From IMG/VR virus record IMGVR_UViG_3300025133_000086, positions 5,334 to 69,333 of that record: a stretch of 64,000 nt of DNA. One strand, written 5' to 3'. Positions 10,361-17,707 of the stretch are shown one piece after another. Every line of letters begins with the position of its first letter. The first letter of the stretch is position 1. The stretch is from a virus. A model generated the notes under the pieces. It made no database searches, was not told the origin of the DNA, and saw only the letters and a program-made list of their open reading frames with translations. A program made the translations under genes and the position numbers.

Positions 10361-10364
10361 GAAA

Positions 10365-10613
10365 ATGGAAGAATTTAGCATACCTACTCAAGAAGCATTC
10401 TACAAGCAGATATTGATGCCTGAAGAAGATTGGTTTGTCGCTCTGCATTGGGTGAAAGCGCCTACCTACGAGCTTATCATTGAAGACCATACCGAATATG
10501 ACTACCCCGTAGATGGATGGAACTACTATGAAACTCCTCCGCAAGCCTATCTTGATTGGGTGGAAGCTAACACTCCTGTTGACCCTCCTGTTGACCCTCC
10601 TGAAATTGAATAG
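10365..10613 (+). CDS. Small hypothetical protein (FYK...YDYPVDGW motif), likely partner of the LRR protein
   Basis: ATG at 10365, 4 bp after the upstream stop, is more plausible than the track start at 10296; ends in a PPVD tandem repeat. Confidence 0.7.
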   Translation: MEEFSIPTQEAFYKQILMPEEDWFVALHWVKAPTYELIIEDHTEYDYPVDGWNYYETPPQAYLDWVEANTPVDPPVDPPEIE

Positions 10614-10738
10614 TAAAAATAATAAACCTAAATAGGTTATCAAGTAATAATAACTATATAATAGTTATTAAGTATTAATTATTGTAAGCAAATGCACTAA
10701 CAATTTAATAATCAATAAGTCTTTTGCTAATTATCTCA

Positions 10739-10746
10739 TATTTATA
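10739..10746 (+). promoter_or_regulatory. Putative late promoter TATTTATA (sheath)
   Basis: Recurrent intergenic motif. Confidence 0.65.
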
Positions 10747-10787
10747 ATAAAGTATTATAATATTAACAACTAAAAAAATAAAAAATA

Positions 10788-13691
10788 ATGGCAGATAGTG
10801 TATTCGTTAGTCCAGGTGTTTATACATCAGAAAAGGATTTATCATTCGTAACCCGTCAAGTTGGCGTAACGACTTTGGGGCTTGTTGGTGAAACAACACA
10901 AGGACCAGCTTTCCAACCAGTTTTCATTTCAAATTATGGTGAGTTTCAAACGTTTTTCGGTGGACTTAACCCAACAAAATTCAAGGATTCTGGGTACCCA
11001 CAGTATGAATTACCATACATAGCAAAATCATATCTTACGCAAACAAATCAATTATTCGTATCTAGAATACTAGGATTTTCTGGTTATGATGCTGGGCCAG
11101 CTTGGGGTATCAAGCTTGATGCTGCATTGGACACATCAACAACTGGAACCACTACTGGTGGTACTACATTTACTGGTAGTTCAGTTGACCCTTTGATTAC
11201 ATATTCAGTTAGTTCGGCTGGAACTGTTACATATATAGATGTAAATGACCCAGTAGTTCAAAACTTATTAGATAATGGTGAATTAACTAATTTAACGACA
11301 TTTTTGTCAACAGCTGTAACAGGTACAACGTATAATTCACCAGTTACATTTATGACACCAACTAATAATTCGTTTAGTGGTGTATCATTTAACATAACAC
11401 CAACAAATACCACACCAGCTAACCCAACAGGTACAACAGCATATACTGCATATACTTCTGGTGTAACTCAACATTATTCAGGTACTGGATACTCTAATAT
11501 TGAAAATAAAATAGTGGCATTATTGCGCTCTAGAGGTGAGTATGATGGTCAAGAGGTTCTTAATTTTGAGGTTACTGGTTATACCAATACCGATGATACT
11601 CATGTTGTTTTTGGTTCAACACCTTCAACGGCTGCGTCAGACCCTAAAGGTGATTTCTCACTTACGGGTAACGCTTTAACTTTAGATAATTTTAGTTATG
11701 AATGTTCATTCGATAAAACAAAAAGAAATTATATTACTAAGGTTCTAGGTAGAAACGAAAAAGATGGTAAAACAGCTTTGTTTGTTGAGGAAATCTATCA
11801 AAATATGTTTGAAAAAGATGTTGCCGATGGTAAGGTTAGAGCTATTAATATAGTATCATTAATTGATTACACTAAATCACTGTCTCAAGCCAGTCCATTT
11901 GATGACTACCTACAGGAATATACCCCAGCGGTTACACCTTATGTGGTGTCAGAACTTCGAGGTACAAATCTACTTAGATTGTTCAGAATGTGGACAATTT
12001 CTGATGGTAATTCAGCAAATGAGTTGGTTAAGATATCGGTTACAAATATTAAACCAGATGACAGAGAGTTCGACATAGAGGTTAGAAGTTTCTATGATAC
12101 TGATGCTAATAAAAATGTTGTTGAGAAGTTCTCTAGGTTGACAATGAACCCATCATCCAACAATTACATCGCTAAGAGGATTGGTACATTGGATGGTGAA
12201 TATGCATCAAAATCTAGTTATATCCTTATTGAGCTTGATGATTCGACTGACACTAGTGAATCATTCCCAGCAGGGTTTGTTGGTTTCCCAATTAGAGATT
12301 ATACCGAAAGTACTAACACAGATATAATAGAACCTAATATTCTTTATAAACAAACATATGGTCAGTTTGAAAATAAAAGGAAGTTCTCATTAGGACTTTC
12401 AAATACCGTTGGTATCGATGCTGACTTCTTTGATTATAAAGGTGTTCCAAAGAGTGGCGACATTAATATGTGGACAGGACTTACTAAAGGGTTCCACATG
12501 GATATAGCGGCTACTGGTGCAACAATTGACGGTGTTACTATCGTAATAGATAGTACTGGTGGAACTTACTCTCCAGTATTCCTATTCGACACAGGGTGTT
12601 GCCCATTCCAAACTGATTCTGACATCGATGGAACAGCTTACGAGAAGATTTACGCACGTAAATTTACATTAGCACCATATGGTGGATATGATGGATGGGA
12701 TGTTTATAGAGACCGAAGAACAAACACAGACACTTACGGTATAAGTGGTGTTAGAGGTGGTAGAGGTTTAGATTCTGAGGTTTTTGAAAACCGAGTATTG
12801 TCTAATGGTGATTTAGGTATCAATTCTGATTACTACGCATACTTGGAAGGTATTTGGTCATTCAGTAATCCTGAAGCGGTTAACATTAACGTGTTCGCAA
12901 CACCAGGTATTGATGGTACTGAAAACAGTGACCTTATTGAGGCTTCGATTGAAATGATTGAAGAGGATAGAGCTGACTCTTGGTATATTATGACAACACC
13001 AGACGTTGACGCTTCGGGTGTAGTACTTACTGCTGAGGAGGTTGCTGATACTTTGGATGATTACTATGATAGTAGTTATACATCTACTTACTTCCCATGG
13101 GTACAAGTAAATGATACCGAAAATAACGTTTATATTTGGTTACCACCTACTAGAGATGTTGTTAGAAACACAGCATTAACAGATAATATCGCTTTCCCAT
13201 GGTTTGCGGTAGCGGGTATCCAAAGAGGTAACGTTGACGCTATAAAGGCTAGAAAGAAGCTTACGTTGGACGAGAGGGATACGTTGTATGAGGCAAGAGT
13301 TAACCCAGTAACAACTTTCGCATCTGAAGGTATTAAAATATGGGGTAATAAGACACTACAAGTAAAAGAAACCGCACTTGACAGAGTTAATGTTAGAAGA
13401 TTACTTCTTCAAGCTAGAAAACTTATTTCTGCGGTTTCTATCAGGTTGCTATTTGAGCAAAATGATGATGTTGTTAGAAATCAGTTCTTAACGCTTGTTA
13501 ACCCAATATTGGATAACATTAGAAGTGAAAGAGGTCTTACAGATTTCCGTGTAGTTCTTGTTGATACTCCAGAGTCAATCGACAGAAACGAATTAAATGG
13601 TAAGATATTCTTGAAACCTACACGTTCTCTTGAATATATTAAGATTGAATTTAACATCCTTAATACAGGAGCGTCTTTCGAAAACGTATAA
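10788..13691 (+). CDS. Contractile tail sheath protein (gp18-like)
   Basis: FVSPGVYTSEKDLS start, GPAFQP, PWFAVAG..RG, WGNKTLQ, RVNVRRLL, LKPTRSLEYIKIEF. Confidence 0.96.
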   Translation: MADSVFVSPGVYTSEKDLSFVTRQVGVTTLGLVGETTQGPAFQPVFISNYGEFQTFFGGLNPTKFKDSGYPQYELPYIAKSYLTQTNQLFVSRILGFSGYDAGPAWGIKLDAALDTSTTGTTTGGTTFTGSSVDPLITYSVSSAGTVTYIDVNDPVVQNLLDNGELTNLTTFLSTAVTGTTYNSPVTFMTPTNNSFSGVSFNITPTNTTPANPTGTTAYTAYTSGVTQHYSGTGYSNIENKIVALLRSRGEYDGQEVLNFEVTGYTNTDDTHVVFGSTPSTAASDPKGDFSLTGNALTLDNFSYECSFDKTKRNYITKVLGRNEKDGKTALFVEEIYQNMFEKDVADGKVRAINIVSLIDYTKSLSQASPFDDYLQEYTPAVTPYVVSELRGTNLLRLFRMWTISDGNSANELVKISVTNIKPDDREFDIEVRSFYDTDANKNVVEKFSRLTMNPSSNNYIAKRIGTLDGEYASKSSYILIELDDSTDTSESFPAGFVGFPIRDYTESTNTDIIEPNILYKQTYGQFENKRKFSLGLSNTVGIDADFFDYKGVPKSGDINMWTGLTKGFHMDIAATGATIDGVTIVIDSTGGTYSPVFLFDTGCCPFQTDSDIDGTAYEKIYARKFTLAPYGGYDGWDVYRDRRTNTDTYGISGVRGGRGLDSEVFENRVLSNGDLGINSDYYAYLEGIWSFSNPEAVNINVFATPGIDGTENSDLIEASIEMIEEDRADSWYIMTTPDVDASGVVLTAEEVADTLDDYYDSSYTSTYFPWVQVNDTENNVYIWLPPTRDVVRNTALTDNIAFPWFAVAGIQRGNVDAIKARKKLTLDERDTLYEARVNPVTTFASEGIKIWGNKTLQVKETALDRVNVRRLLLQARKLISAVSIRLLFEQNDDVVRNQFLTLVNPILDNIRSERGLTDFRVVLVDTPESIDRNELNGKIFLKPTRSLEYIKIEFNILNTGASFENV

Positions 13692-13715
13692 GAGTAGTAT
13701 AGAAATACCAATATT

Positions 13716-13746
13716 AAAAAGCCTAGATTAATCTAGGCTTTTTTTT
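13716..13746 (+). terminator. Rho-independent terminator after the sheath gene (perfect 28-bp palindrome)
   Basis: aaaaagcctagattaatctaggcttttt followed by further Ts. Confidence 0.85.
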
Positions 13747-13816
13747 GTGTATAATAACACCTAACCCTTATTTATTAAAATTTCTTTAGTGTTTATCATT
13801 TTTCTTCTTTTCTAAC

Positions 13817-13824
13817 TATTTATA
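13817..13824 (+). promoter_or_regulatory. Putative late promoter TATTTATA (tube)
   Basis: Lies after the sheath terminator, where a new promoter would be needed. Confidence 0.65.
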
Positions 13825-13862
13825 TACAACGATAATAATTAATATTTAAAAAACTAAAAAAA

Positions 13863-14351
13863 ATGGCTGACTTATTAATGAAAATGCCTACACCGTATGA
13901 ACCTAAAAGGAAAAATAGGTGGCTCTTGCGATTTCCTTCAGATTTAGGTATCCAAGAGTGGTGGCTGTCTTCAGCATCAAGACCTACAATTACACAATCA
14001 GACGTTGAGGTTCCGTTTTTGAACACATCAACTTACGTGTTGGGTCGTTTCACATGGGAAACCATTGACGTTACATTTAGAGACGCTATTGGACCATCTA
14101 CAACCCAAGCAATAATGGAATGGGTACGATTAGGTTCTGAATCTATTACGGGTCGACAAGGTTACGCTGCTGGGTATAAAAGAGACATCTATTTGGAGAT
14201 GCTTGACCCAACAGGTGTTGTTGTTGAGAAGTGGGAGATGCAAGGTACAATGTTAACAACTGTTAACTTTGGTGACTTAGGTATGGATGACGATGGAATC
14301 GCTGAAGTTACTGGGACACTTCGTTTCGATAGAGCGATACTTCTGTTCTAG
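13863..14351 (+). CDS. Tail tube protein (gp19-like)
   Basis: YEPKRKNRW, GRFTWETIDVTFRD, YKRDIYLEMLDPTG..VEKW; follows the sheath gene. Confidence 0.93.
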   Translation: MADLLMKMPTPYEPKRKNRWLLRFPSDLGIQEWWLSSASRPTITQSDVEVPFLNTSTYVLGRFTWETIDVTFRDAIGPSTTQAIMEWVRLGSESITGRQGYAAGYKRDIYLEMLDPTGVVVEKWEMQGTMLTTVNFGDLGMDDDGIAEVTGTLRFDRAILLF

Positions 14352-14378
14352 CAGAATAGCTCTATTAAATTTAATACT

Positions 14379-14436
14379 TGCTTTACTTTTTACGCATTTA
14401 ACTTTAAAATGTGTAAAGGGTGAAGCATTTTTATTT
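14379..14436 (+). terminator. Long RNA hairpin (21-bp stem) plus U-tract after the tube gene
   Basis: 14379-14399 pairs fully with 14407-14427 using 4 G-U pairs; followed by tttttattt. Confidence 0.7.
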
Positions 14437-14472
14437 AAAAAATGTTATACCCGATATTTAATATAAAGTGTT

Positions 14473-14751
14473 ATGGATAGAAATTTTAAGTTACTAACTA
14501 AAAAACAAATCTATGAAAGGTTTGACGTTGAGTATATCAAAAAACTAATTGAGTATTCTGATAATAGGAACCCTATAGGTACAAAAACAGCAATACATAA
14601 AGCTTTGTTTGAGGAGTTTGGTGCTGATGATAAACCTAATAAGTTGAACGAATTAAAAGACCTTGAACAGATAGAAGATACAGAAAGTGTTCAAATACCA
14701 AAAGCTTTATTTGATGAAATGATGAAGTTTTTAAATAATAACAAAAAATAA
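14473..14751 (+). CDS. Hypothetical protein
   Basis: 92-aa ORF preceded by the TATTTA motif. Confidence 0.7.
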   Translation: MDRNFKLLTKKQIYERFDVEYIKKLIEYSDNRNPIGTKTAIHKALFEEFGADDKPNKLNELKDLEQIEDTESVQIPKALFDEMMKFLNNNKK

Positions 14752-14763
14752 TATAGTTTTATA

Positions 14764-15747
14764 ATGTCCGAAACAAAACCAAATGTTTTTCCACAAGGGG
14801 AGGAAAGTAAACCCTCTGGAGAACCCGAACAACCAATTACTGGTGTATATCAAATACCAGATGAACAGAAAGCTGCCGCTGAAGAATTAAAGAATAGAGC
14901 TGATGAAGAGGTTGCCGCTAGAAATGCCGCTATTGAAGCGAGTAAGGTTGCTGAGCAACCAAAACCAGTAGTTAAACCTCAAGTTAAAGAACCAACACAA
15001 CACCCTTTGGCTGAACCTAAGTGGGATTCCGCATTTGATTTGGTACCATTACCATCAAAGGGTAAATTATATAAAGGTGTTAGGGAAAGTGTTAAAGTTT
15101 CTTACATGACAGGTTCTGATGAGAATATTCTAACATCACCAAATCTAGTTCAAAGTGGTAAGTTCTTGGAAATACTAATTAGTAGAAACTTATTGGAACC
15201 AAATTTAAAATATAAGGATTTACATGTTGGTGATAGAAACGCTTTGATGATTTGGTTAAGGGCCAGTGCATTTGGTAATATGTATGACGTTACAGTTTTT
15301 AATGATAAATATGAAGAGGTTGAAGGTGAGGTTGATTTATCCGAACTAAAATATAAACCATTGGGTGCTGAACCAGATGATAATGGTTTATTTGATTTTA
15401 AATGTCCAGTTAGTGGTGAGGAATTAAAATTCAAATTCCTAACTGCTGGTGATGAGGATGAGATTGAGGCTAAATTAGCTCAAGAAACAAAAGATGGTGT
15501 TGAGCTTAATAATCGCTCAACATACACACTACATAAACAAATTATGGGTGTTAATGGCGATTTTAACAGCGATACAGTTAAGAAGTCAATTGAAAATATG
15601 AGAATAGGTGATATAAAGGCATTTAGAACCTACGTTGATAACATAGAGTCGGGTATCGACTTAAAGGTACAAGTTAGGACAAGTGGGGGTGAGTCCGTTT
15701 CTACGTTTCTTCCCATTGAGTCCAGCTTTTTTTGGCCTGACCTCTGA
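14764..15747 (+). CDS. gp26-like baseplate hub assembly / tail assembly chaperone
   Basis: LPSKGKLY, YMTGSDENILTS, GDRNALMIWLR, KFKFLT, C-terminal FFWP; located between tube and tape measure. Confidence 0.8.
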   Translation: MSETKPNVFPQGEESKPSGEPEQPITGVYQIPDEQKAAAEELKNRADEEVAARNAAIEASKVAEQPKPVVKPQVKEPTQHPLAEPKWDSAFDLVPLPSKGKLYKGVRESVKVSYMTGSDENILTSPNLVQSGKFLEILISRNLLEPNLKYKDLHVGDRNALMIWLRASAFGNMYDVTVFNDKYEEVEGEVDLSELKYKPLGAEPDDNGLFDFKCPVSGEELKFKFLTAGDEDEIEAKLAQETKDGVELNNRSTYTLHKQIMGVNGDFNSDTVKKSIENMRIGDIKAFRTYVDNIESGIDLKVQVRTSGGESVSTFLPIESSFFWPDL

Positions 15748-16000
15748 TTACAGAGCCTATTGGGAGGAGGAACTTTATATTTGTAGAAAACATATAGGGT
15801 GGTCCCGTCAGGATTTAATGGATATGTCTATAAACAGTAGGCGCTATCAAATTCACTTGCTTAAGGCTGAAAACCGAGCGAGGGAGGAGCACTATGAAGA
15901 ACAGCGACAAAGTAGTAGTTCTGGTGGTGGTAATCGAACTAGGAGTATAAGTGGTGACGAACTTAAGAGTAAATTAAAGAGTGGTGAAATAAATGGTTAA
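15731..16000 (+). CDS. gp51-like chaperone extension, probably reached by frameshift from the upstream gene
   Basis: The +1 frame reads FGLTSDYRAYWEEELYICRKHIGWSRQDLMDMSINSRRY (gp51-like); no ATG before 15818; overlaps the T7 run at 15727-15733. Confidence 0.65.
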   Translation, partial: FGLTSDYRAYWEEELYICRKHIGWSRQDLMDMSINSRRYQIHLLKAENRAREEHYEEQRQSSSSGGGNRTRSISGDELKSKLKSGEING

Positions 16001-16032
16001 TTAAGTATATTTATAATAAATGAATTATTACA

Positions 16033-17700
16033 ATGATACTCACTGAAAACCAATTAAAGAATATACTTGAATCTTTAAATTTAAAGTCACCATTTAAAAA
16101 CCTATCTGTTGGTACAATCATTGTCGCCAAAACACAACATAAAAAAACAGGTGAGGAGTATGAATTAAAGTTTAAAGTTGTTGAAGACTTAGGTGATTCA
16201 ATAAGGCTTGAGAATATAAACCAAAATTCCACATTCACTGGATTTAACTGGATAGTTAAGAAGGACGAGGATGTTAGTGATTCTGACATAAAAGCAACCA
16301 TTGCTAGTAAGAATACCCCAGATAATAAAAAATCTTATACATTAAAGAGGATATCCGATATGGATGTTGAAAGTGCGTCTGATGTTGATGGCGAAGATGA
16401 TGCACCTGTTGGTGATGAAGATGACTTAGAGCAGTGTATTATAGATAAGGAGTCTAAGGGTCATGTCGAGAAATACCCAGCGTGTTATAAAGATAAGATA
16501 ATCCAAGAGGAATTAGACGAATTACGGGATACAATAAAAGAGGGGAAAGGTTTCTTTTTTGAGATATCTGAATCAAAAAAATTAGTTTTTAATGTTTTAG
16601 AAAAGACAGATAAATTAGCTAAAATGGAGTTAACTGAGGTTGGTGATTCTAAGTATAATGATTTAAAGGGTGGTAAATTCAGTATATTATTTAAAAGTGG
16701 TACTATTGAACCTTCAGATACTGAAGAGTTTTATAGAAATTTTAACATAATATCAGCGGTTGGTGGTAAGGTTGAGACTATTGAGGATGTTAGTGATTAT
16801 GGTGTGTCTGAACTGGATGAGGATGATACACCTAAGGGTGTTGATGGTATTTCTGATGGTTTAAAAAAACTAATAGATGAAAATGAGTACTTTAAATTAA
16901 CATTAGGTGATTCAAGCACCATGACTTTTAGTGTTGTTGATAAAAAAGAGGTAAAGGTACTTGGTAAAGAGTCGACCTTAAAGTCTGCAACAATAAAATT
17001 AGTAGATACTGATAATGAAGAGTATTCTAAGCGTGTTGATATACAATTAGTAATAGACTTTTCAAAACCAGATGATATAATAAAATTAAATGGTGGTGCC
17101 TTTGATTTATTATTAAAAGGTAAACAAGCTAAAAAACCATTTTTATTAAAAAATATCAAAAAATACGAACCAGCATCATTTACTGGGGTTGAGGATAAGG
17201 TTGAGGAAGAATCAGAAGAAGATTTACTTAATCGAATTAACAGTGACCCTAGACTAAAGAAATTTTTTGTAGATAGACCTAAACTTTTAGGTTTTATTGA
17301 GGGTGCAGACTATACTGGGTTATCTAGGGTTTATGGTATATTACGGAAGAAGGGGTTTATTGAGGATGGTGATTCTAAGGGTAATATTAAAACCGATTTC
17401 AGTAATAATAAAAAGGTTAGTTTTATATTTGAAAAGGATATAAATTTAGGTACTAAACCAGGTTCTACTGAACCTCAATTAAAATTAGATGGTAGAGTTG
17501 AGAATGTAGCTAAAATACGTAAAATCAAAGGTAAGGTTTCATTTATATATAATCATAAAATAGATGATAAAAACGATATAGATGTTAAACTAGAATTAAT
17601 AGATGAAGGTGAGAATAAGATATTTACCGCTAAAGTTTATACAGACGCACATATAGCAAAGAAAGTAAAAATAAAGGTTGATAAAGTTAACTTTATATAA
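16033..17700 (+). CDS. Charged hypothetical protein with internal repeated beta-rich domains (possible internal virion protein)
   Basis: 555 aa, K/E/D-rich; N-terminal ILTENQLKNILE; TATTTATA upstream. Confidence 0.7.
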   Translation: MILTENQLKNILESLNLKSPFKNLSVGTIIVAKTQHKKTGEEYELKFKVVEDLGDSIRLENINQNSTFTGFNWIVKKDEDVSDSDIKATIASKNTPDNKKSYTLKRISDMDVESASDVDGEDDAPVGDEDDLEQCIIDKESKGHVEKYPACYKDKIIQEELDELRDTIKEGKGFFFEISESKKLVFNVLEKTDKLAKMELTEVGDSKYNDLKGGKFSILFKSGTIEPSDTEEFYRNFNIISAVGGKVETIEDVSDYGVSELDEDDTPKGVDGISDGLKKLIDENEYFKLTLGDSSTMTFSVVDKKEVKVLGKESTLKSATIKLVDTDNEEYSKRVDIQLVIDFSKPDDIIKLNGGAFDLLLKGKQAKKPFLLKNIKKYEPASFTGVEDKVEEESEEDLLNRINSDPRLKKFFVDRPKLLGFIEGADYTGLSRVYGILRKKGFIEDGDSKGNIKTDFSNNKKVSFIFEKDINLGTKPGSTEPQLKLDGRVENVAKIRKIKGKVSFIYNHKIDDKNDIDVKLELIDEGENKIFTAKVYTDAHIAKKVKIKVDKVNFI

Positions 17701-17707
17701 TTAGATT

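Noticed and set aside
10296-10364. Track start at 10296 for the small ORF after the LRR gene
   Set aside because: It overlaps the LRR gene by 65 bp; ATG 10365 with an A-rich leader is more plausible.
10621-10680. AT-rich inverted repeat taataactat-ata-atagttatta before the sheath gene as an ncRNA or terminator
   Set aside because: The stem is weak and almost all A/T with no U-tract; it could arise by chance.
15683-15730. GTG 15683 as an independent start of the gp51-like ORF
   Set aside because: It lacks the A-rich leader used by other genes and the first residues look like off-frame sequence; frameshift entry is preferred but unproven.
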